Virus record (IMG/VR): IMGVR_UViG_3300043037_000014
Location: 1 to 43,948 of that record
Origin: a virus
Taxonomy: Duplodnaviria > Caudoviricetes
Length of the DNA: 43,948 nt
Strand: one strand, 5' to 3'
The stretch's first letter is position 1. Each line of letters opens with the position of its first letter. The translations under genes and the position numbers were made by a program. Positions 1 to 9,583 of the stretch are shown here, one piece after another. The notes beneath the pieces are model-generated. The model saw only the letters and a program-made list of their open reading frames with translations. It did not search any database and was not told the origin of the DNA.

Positions 1-127
1 AGTACAAAAACTAAATAGCTCAAATAAAACAGAATATTATGGTATCTTTAGAGAGGTTAAATCATCACAACACGCTATTAACCAAGCCTTGCTTAAAATA
101 CAGCTTATGGTGAATACACAGAAAGCT
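1..127. repeat. 127-bp terminal overlap, identical to 43822-43948 (circular assembly)
   Basis: agtacaaaaa...cagaaagct matches base for base at both ends, and the portal reading frame continues across the join. Confidence 0.97.
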
Positions 128-1033
128 TTTGTCGATGTTAATGCAGTAGAAAATCTAGATGAATTTATAGCTCAATTTAATAGAGTAAATGGTGTTATAC
201 CTATGAAAGAATTAGATGGCTATAGAATAGAAAATCTAACTAGAGAGGTTATTGACCAATATACTATTATAGATAAAGCATTAGATAGAATACAGAGAGT
301 ATTATCTATTAATGATAGTTTCTTAGGTATGGCTTATGCTTCAGATAGTGGTACTAAAGTTAAGTTACAACAAAACGCATCTGTTGTAGCGCAAAGATAT
401 TCAACATCTAAAATAGAGCAATTTTATAGGTTATTAGGTTGGGATATAGTTAATCTTATAAAACAATACTTTACTGCACATGATGTTATCCGTGTAGCTG
501 ATACTTATGAAGGTAATAAATGGGTTGAGATAAATAAACCTTTAATGGTACCGACAGGTAATATGTTACCTAATGGTATGCCAGAAACAAAGCTAGTCTT
601 TGAAGAAGTGTTAGACCCAGAAACTAATGAACCTTTAGTTGATGAGTTTGGTAACATAGTCGTTGCTCCTATACCTACTATGGATACTGATATAGCTTTT
701 ACAATGGCAGAAATAACTATAGAGGCTATAGCTTATGATGATGAAGATGAGCGTAATGGTGTAATGCTTGAGCAGTTTATTAATGGTCCAATAGGTCAAA
801 TGATTAGCCAAGTTAATCCTGCAGGATACTTAAAAGCTGGAGCTTTATCTGTCAAAAATCTAAAGGCTAAATATAGTATGGAAGTAGCAGCTATAGTTGA
901 AGAGACTGCAGCTATGTTAGGAAATAATCAACAAGCAATGCAAGCTATGCAGCTAGGTGAGGTACAAGGGCAGATGGGTATGACTCAATCTGTAAATCAA
1001 ATGCCAGGAAGAAATAGAATAGGAAGAGGATAA
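1..1033 (+). CDS. Portal protein, C-terminal part (gene starts at 43022 and wraps; about 610 aa total)
   Basis: Same frame as the ORF starting at ATG 43022 once circularised; P22-like portal features (A.SG...L.Q.A, II.VAD, Gln/Met-rich tail). Confidence 0.85.
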   Translation, partial: VQKLNSSNKTEYYGIFREVKSSQHAINQALLKIQLMVNTQKAFVDVNAVENLDEFIAQFNRVNGVIPMKELDGYRIENLTREVIDQYTIIDKALDRIQRVLSINDSFLGMAYASDSGTKVKLQQNASVVAQRYSTSKIEQFYRLLGWDIVNLIKQYFTAHDVIRVADTYEGNKWVEINKPLMVPTGNMLPNGMPETKLVFEEVLDPETNEPLVDEFGNIVVAPIPTMDTDIAFTMAEITIEAIAYDDEDERNGVMLEQFINGPIGQMISQVNPAGYLKAGALSVKNLKAKYSMEVAAIVEETAAMLGNNQQAMQAMQLGEVQGQMGMTQSVNQMPGRNRIGRG

Positions 1034-1034
1034 A

Positions 1035-3704
1035 ATGGAAGGTTTTAAAGTAGGCGAAGCCCCTTGGGAACAAACAGATACTACTATAGGTTTTAAAGTA
1101 GGCGAAGCTCCTTGGGAACGGAAAGAAGTTGAACAACCAGATGTTACTCCCTTAGCTACTAAAGCTGAAGAAGCTGATTTAATACCTGAGATGGAAGGTT
1201 TTTCACCAACTCAAATAGAAAGAGATGTTACATTTACAAAAGAAGATTTACAAGCATCTGAAGCAGGTAAGGCCGCTGACTATACTAAACAAGTATATGA
1301 TAGATTTCAAGTATATAATAGAGCTAAAGCTTTCTGGGATGAAGATACTAGAAAGCAAGTTGAGCATGATACTGAAGTTGTTAAAAATAAAGTACTTAAA
1401 GAACTAACTTTACAAGGTTTTGAAAACCCTAAATATATAGGAGATACTTTATTTATAACAGTTGATGGTAAAGAGATAGAAGCTGACTCTAGCTTATTAC
1501 GTAACATATGGAATGAGAAATTTTCTATTGCAGGGTCTATAAGTGGAGCTGTTGTAGCGGCTAGAGGTGCGGCGGCTTTAATGCCAGCAATTACTCCTCA
1601 TACAGCATTAGCTAAAGCTGCTATAGGTAGTGCTGCTATTGCAGGTGGTGCTATTGCAGGAGCTTTAACATCTGGTATAGATACTTTAATTTCTGATATA
1701 AATATGGTTTCAGAGGTATCTTCTAAAGCTTACTTAGATAAAATGAAGGATGCTGGTGTAACAGAGGTTATCTTTGGCGTTGGTGGTTTACCTGTTGGAT
1801 ACGGACTTGCTCAAAGTGCTAAGCTAGTTAAGCATATATATGACTCAGTTTTTGATAAAAATATAGATGGCGCGTATAAGGCACTACTAACACACTTTGA
1901 TAAAACTCACGAAGAGGCTATGGAGATAGTTACTAAGCTTGAAAATCTTATTGGGCCTTTAAGAGGTACAGATAAAGAAAAAGCTATCTTTGCGTTGACT
2001 CGTACACAAAGAGGAGGTGAAGGTGTAGCAGATACTGCAGGGCTATTTAATCCTAGAGCTAGTGCTGAGATAGTTAATAGTATAAATAAAGTAGCTGATG
2101 ATTTACTACAAAATACAAAGAACTTAAGTGCTGATAATATTCAAGCTATAATAAAGCAGAATTTTGACACTTATACTAATAAAGTTAAAAAGTTCTATGA
2201 TGATGTTAAGAATGCACCGGGTAAGCTAACTGAAAACTATAGTTTTGACTATGATAAATTAGGCGTACAACCTATAATAGAGAGTATAGGTAATCGTATA
2301 GAGAACCCTACTATTAAACAGAGGTTTGCTGATTTATTAACCAAGGTAGGTAATGCTTCAGAAGGTAGAACATTTATAGACCTTATCGACTTAAGACAAG
2401 CAGTTAATGAAATTAAATTCGCTACTAAGACTATTAAGAGTAGAGATAAAATAGCTTTAGATAATGCATTAGCTTCTATAGATAACGAAATAGATAAAGT
2501 AGCTGATAATTATATGGGTGAAAGTGCTAAAGCTTGGAAAGATAATTGGGCTAAAGCTAAAGAGCAATATTCTAAGATGAAAGCTACAGAGAAAAATGTA
2601 TTATATAAAGTATTAACTAGACCTGGTATAGATGAAGAGACAGTAGTTAAGCAGTTAGCTAAATATATAAGAGCTGGAGATAATACTTTTTATGAAGTGG
2701 TTGAAAAGCTACCTAAGAATGTTAGAAATAGAATAGATGGTGCAGTATTAAATACCTTAGTTGAAAAGTTTACAGCTGGTGAAGTTGGTGGAGGCCGAGC
2801 AGTACATTTTCCTTTATTAAGTGCTGAGCTTAAAAAGGTATCTTGGTCCTCGCCTAAAGCTAAGCAAACAGTTAGAGCTATTCATAGAATGGCTGATGTA
2901 TTTAGAAATGATGTTAATCTTGCTAGAGTATCTGGTAATATTAGTATACCTAAGTTTCAATCATATTTGACTGCAGACCCTATAATACGTCTAAAGTATG
3001 AAATAGCTTCTAGCGTATTTAATTATGTAAAAATGTTAGCTCCAGGTGACCAAGCTAATTATCTTGCATTAGTTAAGAATGCTGGTGATATATTTGAAAA
3101 CCCTATAAATTTTAAAGCTATTGAAGCTATGAAAAGAGGTTTGCCTAAAGATAGCAGATTATTTCAAGAGTCTTTAGACTCATCACCATTACTTAGAGAT
3201 TTACAAAATATGTATGTTGAACGTAAAGCTGCTCTAGAAAATCTATATGGCAAAGCTAATATGCCTCCTAGATTAGTGTGGAAAAAACCTTTAGAAGCTC
3301 CAACTACTATTAAAGAGTCTTTAGATAAAGTATTATATGCTACTGAAAAAGGTACTATAGCTGAAGACCCTACATCAGCTATTATGAAGGATAGAACAGA
3401 TGAGATTATATCTGACTTTATTTGGCAAAATACAACTAAAGAAAACGTAGATATAGTTTCTCAAGCTATTAAGTATATGGATAATGCAAAGTTTGAAAGA
3501 ATAGGTAAAAGTGTAGCTAATGCTATGCGAGTTGGAGAAAGAGAGCGTAATGCTAAGATGCTTAAAAATATAGTTAATCACCAAGCTAATCAACTTATTA
3601 AACAAATTAATAAAGACTTTGGTGTTCAATTACCAAAAGAAGAAGCAGATAAGATTATTCAACTAAAATTTAAAGAACTAATGGAGCAATGTAATGGTAT
3701 GTAA
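1035..3704 (+). CDS. Large internal virion / DNA ejection protein (889 aa)
   Basis: Helical Ala/Gly-rich hydrophobic stretch around aa 160-250, N-terminal PWE repeats, position in the ejection module. Confidence 0.6.
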   Translation: MEGFKVGEAPWEQTDTTIGFKVGEAPWERKEVEQPDVTPLATKAEEADLIPEMEGFSPTQIERDVTFTKEDLQASEAGKAADYTKQVYDRFQVYNRAKAFWDEDTRKQVEHDTEVVKNKVLKELTLQGFENPKYIGDTLFITVDGKEIEADSSLLRNIWNEKFSIAGSISGAVVAARGAAALMPAITPHTALAKAAIGSAAIAGGAIAGALTSGIDTLISDINMVSEVSSKAYLDKMKDAGVTEVIFGVGGLPVGYGLAQSAKLVKHIYDSVFDKNIDGAYKALLTHFDKTHEEAMEIVTKLENLIGPLRGTDKEKAIFALTRTQRGGEGVADTAGLFNPRASAEIVNSINKVADDLLQNTKNLSADNIQAIIKQNFDTYTNKVKKFYDDVKNAPGKLTENYSFDYDKLGVQPIIESIGNRIENPTIKQRFADLLTKVGNASEGRTFIDLIDLRQAVNEIKFATKTIKSRDKIALDNALASIDNEIDKVADNYMGESAKAWKDNWAKAKEQYSKMKATEKNVLYKVLTRPGIDEETVVKQLAKYIRAGDNTFYEVVEKLPKNVRNRIDGAVLNTLVEKFTAGEVGGGRAVHFPLLSAELKKVSWSSPKAKQTVRAIHRMADVFRNDVNLARVSGNISIPKFQSYLTADPIIRLKYEIASSVFNYVKMLAPGDQANYLALVKNAGDIFENPINFKAIEAMKRGLPKDSRLFQESLDSSPLLRDLQNMYVERKAALENLYGKANMPPRLVWKKPLEAPTTIKESLDKVLYATEKGTIAEDPTSAIMKDRTDEIISDFIWQNTTKENVDIVSQAIKYMDNAKFERIGKSVANAMRVGERERNAKMLKNIVNHQANQLIKQINKDFGVQLPKEEADKIIQLKFKELMEQCNGM
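1041..1118 (+). repeat. 30-bp direct repeat encoding GFKVGEAPWE twice
   Basis: ggttttaaagtaggcgaagc(c/t)ccttgggaa at 1041 and 1089. Confidence 0.95.
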
Positions 3705-5061
3705 TAAAGCTATGAAAGAAGCCTTAGACGACATTATCCAAGGTATAGATTTCACGTATAAAATGGATGATATTATTAGTAATTTACCTAAAAATCAAAA
3801 GTTTAATGCTCAGCAGTTGAACGGTTATTTAACTAAACAAGGTGTATCACCTAAGGAAATAGAAGCTAGTGGTATATTAGAACCTTATCTTAATGACTCT
3901 AGAGCTTTTACGGCTGAAGAGTGGGAAATTATGAGTTCAGAGTATGGTAAACATAGATTTAATATTAGAGAAATAGGAGACTCCCCAGTTGGTAATCTTG
4001 GTAGATATAGTAATGTAAGTCTTAATAAGAAAGGAGTAGAAACAGATACCTATAAAGAAAGATTATTTAAGTTTAGCGAACAAGAAAAAAGAACTAACCT
4101 AAAGCATTTTAGTGATGACATGACTGAAGGTGAATCTTTATTAGGCTGGAATAGAATACACCAAGATAATATTAATGGTAAAAATACTACTGTGCTTAAT
4201 GAGTTTCAATCTGATTGGTTACAAGCTGAGCGTCAAGGAGCTGGTAGTTTTGAAAGTAATATACAGCGTAATAAAGAAAAACTAAAAGAAACAGAAATAT
4301 TATTGAATAATGCTAAAGATAGTTTTAATAGAATAAATATGGAAGTGACTGAACTATATGAGCAATTTAGATTAAAGTATGGTGGTAACGCTATAAAAGA
4401 AGCTGAGAAAGATGCAGAGTATATAAAATTAGCAGATGAATATGAAGCTGCACAAGAATTAGTTTCTGAACTAGAGAAAGAACAAACAAGATATAAAAAG
4501 CTAACTAGGTCTACTATTGCTGATTTCCCTATGAAACCTGAGAAATTTCACCAATTAATGATAGTTGATGCTATTAATGAAGCCATTGAGAATGGCACTA
4601 AGAGAGTGGCTATACCTATTGAACGAGAGAATGAGTTAGTTGGTACAGAAGGAGTTACTAAATTCTACGATAGTTTAAATAAATCTATACTACCAGATAT
4701 TCGTAAGAAATTAGAGAAACAAGGGTTACGTATTAAGCTTAGTAAAGAAGATTATAATGTTAGAAATCGAGTAGGTGAATTTTATTATGATGAAGCTTCA
4801 AACTTTATAAAGGAAAATTTTACTAATATAACTTTAGCGCAGGCTGACGAATTAACTAATTATTTATCTGGATTGTCTACATCTTTAGATGAAAACCTAA
4901 AGCGCCAATTAAATACTGTGCTAGAATTAAAATCAGACTATACTAATACTCTACATATTATAGAGATTGAAGAAATACCTAATAAAAGAGTTAAATGGGA
5001 TGTTTATGCAGTCTTAGCAGCTTTAGGTTTAGAAAAATACGTAAATAAAGAAGAGAACTAA
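3694..5061 (+). CDS. Virion-associated protein of the E.QSDW.Q polyvalent-protein-like family (455 aa)
   Basis: GGAG RBS; motifs GVSPKEIE, HF, LNEFQSDWLQ, EAIENGTKRVAI, KFYD. Confidence 0.5.
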   Translation: MVCNKAMKEALDDIIQGIDFTYKMDDIISNLPKNQKFNAQQLNGYLTKQGVSPKEIEASGILEPYLNDSRAFTAEEWEIMSSEYGKHRFNIREIGDSPVGNLGRYSNVSLNKKGVETDTYKERLFKFSEQEKRTNLKHFSDDMTEGESLLGWNRIHQDNINGKNTTVLNEFQSDWLQAERQGAGSFESNIQRNKEKLKETEILLNNAKDSFNRINMEVTELYEQFRLKYGGNAIKEAEKDAEYIKLADEYEAAQELVSELEKEQTRYKKLTRSTIADFPMKPEKFHQLMIVDAINEAIENGTKRVAIPIERENELVGTEGVTKFYDSLNKSILPDIRKKLEKQGLRIKLSKEDYNVRNRVGEFYYDEASNFIKENFTNITLAQADELTNYLSGLSTSLDENLKRQLNTVLELKSDYTNTLHIIEIEEIPNKRVKWDVYAVLAALGLEKYVNKEEN

Positions 5062-6233
5062 ATCTCTTCTTTATCAAAATATTTATCAACGAAATTACTT
5101 TTATTTAAAGCAACAGTTTGGTACACTTGATGAGAGATGGCTCCTTCAACAAGTAGATAGTGTACGTCTATAGCCTCATCTCTCTTCATATTACATTGTC
5201 TAGCTCGCCTTTGTGTGTAACGAGCTGTTGAAAAGTCCATGGAGTAGATTATTAATGTTTTATACATAGATAAGTCTACTCCTTCGGCAAATGATGTAGC
5301 TTGTAATATTGTTGCTTTCTTAAAATACTTTTCTAATTTTGTTTTCTCATTTTGATAATGATAAAAAATTACTAAGCTTTCTATATCACCAAATTCCTTA
5401 AGTATATAATCTATCTTTTCAGTATTATCTAATATAAGATTAGACTCTTCTAATTTAAGTGAACCACCTTCTAGCTGGTGTAGACCTAATAATAGTTTCA
5501 TTGGCGTATCTGCTACATATTCTAATTCAGGCAAGATATTGTCTTTCATTAGCTTATTGTATAGTTTTTTAGTATTTTCATCTAAAGTAATCATATGAAT
5601 AATGTCATTAGGTTCGTGCTCAAAACCTAGTTCTTGTCTAGTATAGCTAATAAATAGATGTTTAACCTGCTCATAGGCTTCAGCTTTAACTTTATGATAT
5701 TCTTTAATAACTCTTCCACCTATAAATTTCTGGCTTGCTATACCATAATCTCTATGCCAATCATAAAAGTTCTTGTGCTTATATGGACACCAAGAAGATA
5801 GTTTTAGTTGATGATATAATTGTGCAAATGTTTGAGCACTTGGTGTAGCACTTAGATATATAATAGGTTTAGTCTTAGTAAAACTATATACAGTCTTCCA
5901 TGTCTTAGTAGGCTTAGGATAAGCCGATAAGTTAGCATGAGCTTCATCTATTATTACTAAATCAAACTTACCTTCTAATTTATGTAGTGACTCATAGTTC
6001 ATTACAGTATAAGACTTAGATGGTTTATACTTACTAATAGTTTCATCCCAACCAGTGATAGCTTTCTTCTTTGTTACTATAAGTATCTTATTAGCCTTAG
6101 ACATTTCAGCCACTAATATCGCTGTTAGTGATTTCCCTGTTCTTTCTTCCATAGATAGATATACTAAGTAGTTTAGTTTTAAAATATTATAAGCTTGTAA
6201 AGCTATCTCTTCTTGATGTTTATATGGTTTCAT
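5058..6233 (-). CDS. SNF2/SF2-type helicase
   Basis: PYKHQ Q-motif, MEERTGKS Walker A, IIDEAH, LSATP, AEGVDL, QRRARQ; start better at 6233 than 6302. Confidence 0.9.
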   Translation of the reverse strand: MKPYKHQEEIALQAYNILKLNYLVYLSMEERTGKSLTAILVAEMSKANKILIVTKKKAITGWDETISKYKPSKSYTVMNYESLHKLEGKFDLVIIDEAHANLSAYPKPTKTWKTVYSFTKTKPIIYLSATPSAQTFAQLYHQLKLSSWCPYKHKNFYDWHRDYGIASQKFIGGRVIKEYHKVKAEAYEQVKHLFISYTRQELGFEHEPNDIIHMITLDENTKKLYNKLMKDNILPELEYVADTPMKLLLGLHQLEGGSLKLEESNLILDNTEKIDYILKEFGDIESLVIFYHYQNEKTKLEKYFKKATILQATSFAEGVDLSMYKTLIIYSMDFSTARYTQRRARQCNMKRDEAIDVHYLLVEGAISHQVYQTVALNKSNFVDKYFDKEEI

Positions 6234-6492
6234 ATTTAAAGCCTTTAATTTCTGGTAATTTATACTCCATAACCTCTTCATAGAAAAGACACATATCAAC
6301 AAAAGTATTATGTTCTTCAGTTGATAATTCTCCTTTTCTATCTAATCTACATTTAACTATCTTCCAAGCATCTGCACATTGCTGTATTGTATATCTACCT
6401 TTAGCTTTCTTATTAGGAGGTAGAATACCTTGAGCTCTAATAGCTTCGTCACTAAAACCTAATTCTTTAAGTTCTTCATAAGTCATTGTCAA
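6220..6492 (-). CDS. Hypothetical protein (90 aa)
   Basis: ORF with GAGGAG RBS, overlapping its neighbours in the operon. Confidence 0.75.
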   Translation of the reverse strand: MTMTYEELKELGFSDEAIRAQGILPPNKKAKGRYTIQQCADAWKIVKCRLDRKGELSTEEHNTFVDMCLFYEEVMEYKLPEIKGFKYETI

Positions 6493-6763
6493 TCTCCTCT
6501 AATAAAGTATCCACTTGACTATCTTCATACATAACCATAGACCAACCACCAGCCGCACTAATATTTAATAAATTATGCTTTTGTAAAGCTGTTGTATTAT
6601 TTTTTGTATCTGGTTTTTTAACCTCTATACCTATAAATTGACCCTTATAACAGGCCAAAATATCAGGTACACCTTTAGTAGTTGCTTGTACAACCTTAAC
6701 AACATAAGCTTTATTTGCTTTTAATTTCTTTATTATTTTGCTTTGTATCTCGCTCTCTTTCAT
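6476..6763 (-). CDS. VRR-NUC domain nuclease (probable Holliday junction resolvase)
   Basis: MKESEIQ, GVPDIL, FIGIEVK PD-(D/E)xK motif, LQ...L..I..AGG. Confidence 0.9.
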   Translation of the reverse strand: MKESEIQSKIIKKLKANKAYVVKVVQATTKGVPDILACYKGQFIGIEVKKPDTKNNTTALQKHNLLNISAAGGWSMVMYEDSQVDTLLEEIDNDL

Positions 6764-6821
6764 CTTTATGCCTTTGTCTTTTAAGTCTTTTAGCTCTTAG
6801 CTGATTTTTACTTTTAGCCAT
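6711..6821 (-). CDS. Possible 36-aa Arg/Lys-rich peptide (not in ORF track)
   Basis: TAATG coupling to the ligase stop; MAKSKNQLRAKRLKRQRHKDERERDTKQNNKEIKSK. Confidence 0.4.
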   Translation of the reverse strand: MAKSKNQLRAKRLKRQRHKDERERDTKQNNKEIKSK

Positions 6822-7681
6822 TAGTCTATCTCCATAGTTTTGTCTTCTCTAACTCTAACAAAAGTAGGTTGAATATAAGTATCTATAATTTGCTCATATT
6901 CTATTTCTACAATTTTATTTATAAAACAATCTTTTGGTAACCCTCGCATACTATCATCTAGACCACTACCAACTGAGACTGTTCTACCTTCTTTATCTTG
7001 TAGAACTAAAGAGCCTATCATATCAATATATTTACCTTCACCTGGTTCAATACCTATACATAGTAAATCCGCTGTTTTACGATACTTTAATTTAATAGCT
7101 TCGTTAACACGTTTACCAGGTTGATATACATGGTTTATATGCTTAAGAAATAAGCCTTCATATCCTAAATCAACTAGTTCTTTAGCTTTACATTTAGCCA
7201 GTTCTAATTTATCTACATACTCAAAAGAGGCTAGTCTTACTTGCTCTGAACCTTTAAATATATTCACTAACCAATTATGGCGAGCTTCAAATGTCCAGTT
7301 AAGTATTATAACATCAAAAACTATAAAAGTATCACTATTAGTATCTAAACCTACATTAGCTAAACCTTTTTCAAAGTTAGTTCTATATGTAGTTAACTTA
7401 GCTGCTTTTACTCTGTCACCTAGTTTACCTTGACTACTACCTATGAATTCAGTCTCTATAATAAAGTCTAAATTTGGATTATTCTTTACTAAACTATCAG
7501 CAACTAATTCATGATAGAATTCTTTTCCTCCACTAGTGAAAAATCTAACTGAATTACCATGCTTATGTATCTGCACATAATTACCATCATATTTAATACT
7601 AGATAGCCATCCGCGTTCTAGTAGCTTAGACTTAGACACATTATCTAAGTCTTTTCCTTTACACTGCTTAATCATTGTCAA
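6821..7681 (-). CDS. lig: ATP-dependent DNA ligase
   Basis: KYDG motif I, ETEF, FDVI, YEGLFLK, KLK, OB-fold VGSGL and VEIEY. Confidence 0.92.
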   Translation of the reverse strand: MTMIKQCKGKDLDNVSKSKLLERGWLSSIKYDGNYVQIHKHGNSVRFFTSGGKEFYHELVADSLVKNNPNLDFIIETEFIGSSQGKLGDRVKAAKLTTYRTNFEKGLANVGLDTNSDTFIVFDVIILNWTFEARHNWLVNIFKGSEQVRLASFEYVDKLELAKCKAKELVDLGYEGLFLKHINHVYQPGKRVNEAIKLKYRKTADLLCIGIEPGEGKYIDMIGSLVLQDKEGRTVSVGSGLDDSMRGLPKDCFINKIVEIEYEQIIDTYIQPTFVRVREDKTMEID

Positions 7682-8198
7682 AATCCATAGTTAATTGTTT
7701 AGAAGGTTGCATATCTGCCTCTTTTATAAAGTTTCCATGAACTGTTAAATAACCTTTTCTATCTTTAATCTCTTCATAAGCTAATGTCCAGCAATGCTCA
7801 GCACTAGTTTCTAATGCCTCAGCTAAGCTATATAAAGCACTAATTAGGTCATATAGATACTCTGAAGCTTTTTTATATTCATTTGAATTTATATATTTGC
7901 ATAGTTTACTCAATGACTTAAAAACATCTTGTATAGGATTAATAGCTTTAGAAGGCCTAACATGCTTAAAAGCTATATTACCATTTATAAGAATGTTTAA
8001 GTTACAACAAACTACTAAACTATCACCTATACCATCAAAAATTCCACTATCGTTATCATCATCACACATAGCATCTAAAGTTTCACATATCTCTTCTGTA
8101 AGTTTACATACTTGTGTAATAGCTTTACCATTAGTTGTTATACCTCTATCAGCTGACCATCTTTCTGTTAATAACTGTAATTCTGCTAAACTATACAT
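7668..8198 (-). CDS. MazG-like nucleotide pyrophosphohydrolase
   Basis: W..DRGI, KLTEE..E, DGIGD..VV, AYEEIKDRKG...G.FIKE. Confidence 0.85.
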   Translation of the reverse strand: MYSLAELQLLTERWSADRGITTNGKAITQVCKLTEEICETLDAMCDDDNDSGIFDGIGDSLVVCCNLNILINGNIAFKHVRPSKAINPIQDVFKSLSKLCKYINSNEYKKASEYLYDLISALYSLAEALETSAEHCWTLAYEEIKDRKGYLTVHGNFIKEADMQPSKQLTMDFDND

Positions 8199-8838
8199 CT
8201 TGCACCTTTCTAAGTTTTAATTTATTTTTAGGGTTTACTATCCAACCATCACTATCTTGTATCTTTCTAAGTAATTCAGTTGTTATCATAACGTCATTTA
8301 AACAATATCTAATTACTTTTTCATACTTACCTCTTTGCCAATCAATTGCGGCGTTAACACCATCTCCAGATTTAGAAGGTAAATCGTTAACCTTACAAGT
8401 TTGTTTAAGACTATAACCAGCATGATAAGGAAAAGTAAAGTCTGGGCCTAATCCAGCAGCTTGCCACATCTCTTGAAGAATATCATATTGTTTAATATGA
8501 GTGGGTATAGTAAAACCATTAGCTTCTATAAGTAGATTATCAAATCTAATAGAGTTAAATCCTACAAGTATATCACACTCATTTAATAAGTCTTGAAAAT
8601 GTTTAATAGTTTTTAATTTTAAATCTTCCATAGGAGGATAACCCATATGCATAGCTTCATAATTAACAAAAGCTATCTGCTCTTTATTCCAATTATTATA
8701 AGTACCTATGACACTTATGCCCATATTTGCATGGTCATGCCAACCATCACAATACTCTATACCTTCTATTTTAGCTTCATTTTTATAATCTATTGGTACA
8801 GCCTTAATAATTTCACAATCATAAACTAATATTTTCAT
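8191..8838 (-). CDS. DEDD/RNase H-like 3'-5' exonuclease
   Basis: VYDCEI (ExoI), VGFNSIRFD (ExoII), YCLNDV (ExoIII). Confidence 0.88.
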   Translation of the reverse strand: MKILVYDCEIIKAVPIDYKNEAKIEGIEYCDGWHDHANMGISVIGTYNNWNKEQIAFVNYEAMHMGYPPMEDLKLKTIKHFQDLLNECDILVGFNSIRFDNLLIEANGFTIPTHIKQYDILQEMWQAAGLGPDFTFPYHAGYSLKQTCKVNDLPSKSGDGVNAAIDWQRGKYEKVIRYCLNDVMITTELLRKIQDSDGWIVNPKNKLKLRKVQDV

Positions 8839-9044
8839 TTTGATAACTCCTTTAAAGCTTCTTCACTAAATGGGAATAAAACTATTTTCTCAGCTTTATA
8901 AACTTTAACTGCAACTTCTATAGAAGCATTATAGCCTTTTTTATAGTGGCTAACCATTGACACAGATATACCAAGTTTATCTGCTATCTCCTGTGATGAA
9001 TGTTTCTCACTCAGCTCCTTAATATATTCTTGTATCTTTACCAT
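8835..9044 (-). CDS. Helix-turn-helix (XRE-like) regulator, 69 aa
   Basis: SQEIADKLGISVSMVSHYKKG; GGAG RBS before ATG 9044, a better start than 9110. Confidence 0.8.
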   Translation of the reverse strand: MVKIQEYIKELSEKHSSQEIADKLGISVSMVSHYKKGYNASIEVAVKVYKAEKIVLFPFSEEALKELSK

Positions 9045-9127
9045 TGTTCTCTCCAATATTAAAATTTTATTAAATTTAAAAACTAATTTTAAGCTATCTA
9101 CGTCGTCCATATTTGATTATAAATTTT

Positions 9128-9154
9128 TAGATATATAACTAGTCTATATATCTA
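9128..9154. promoter_or_regulatory. Perfect 10-bp inverted repeat upstream of the HTH gene (possible operator)
   Basis: TAGATATATA-actagtc-TATATATCTA next to a minus-strand TATAAT. Confidence 0.45.
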
Positions 9155-9168
9155 TTATCGTTTGAAAT

Positions 9169-9582
9169 TTAATTAATTCTGTTGTGAATTTCTAGGTTTC
9201 TAGATTTATATAAACAGTTAAAATTATCCTTCAACCATTTAGTATCAAAATCTTTACCTTCAGCAATCTCATCATCGCTTCTAACTATATACATTATATT
9301 AGGTATAGCTAGCTTAAACGTTTTAATACCTAAGTTTATAAGTATATCATTTTTAGACTCTATAGTTATTAAATCAGCTTCCCACTTATCATCTATTGGT
9401 ATAACTCTCTCTTTTAAAACAGATTTAGGTAAACTTAAATATGTATTACGTGAGCATATACAAACTCTACCTTTTATAAGCTTTAATAAGAATGCTTTAT
9501 CAAACTCTGGTCTATTTGGTAACTCCCCATTTAAACCTACATATTTATCATTACTACTTAGTAACACTGTACCTATTATCAT
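9169..9582 (-). CDS. Divergent dihydrofolate reductase
   Basis: N-terminus VGLNGELP..PEFDKAF..LIKGR.CICSRNTYLSLP parallels the DHFR pattern IG..N.MPW..P.DL..F......IMGR.T..S; lies directly after the thyA-like gene. Confidence 0.72.
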   Translation of the reverse strand: MIIGTVLLSSNDKYVGLNGELPNRPEFDKAFLLKLIKGRVCICSRNTYLSLPKSVLKERVIPIDDKWEADLITIESKNDILINLGIKTFKLAIPNIMYIVRSDDEIAEGKDFDTKWLKDNFNCLYKSRNLEIHNRIN

Positions 9583-9583
9583 A

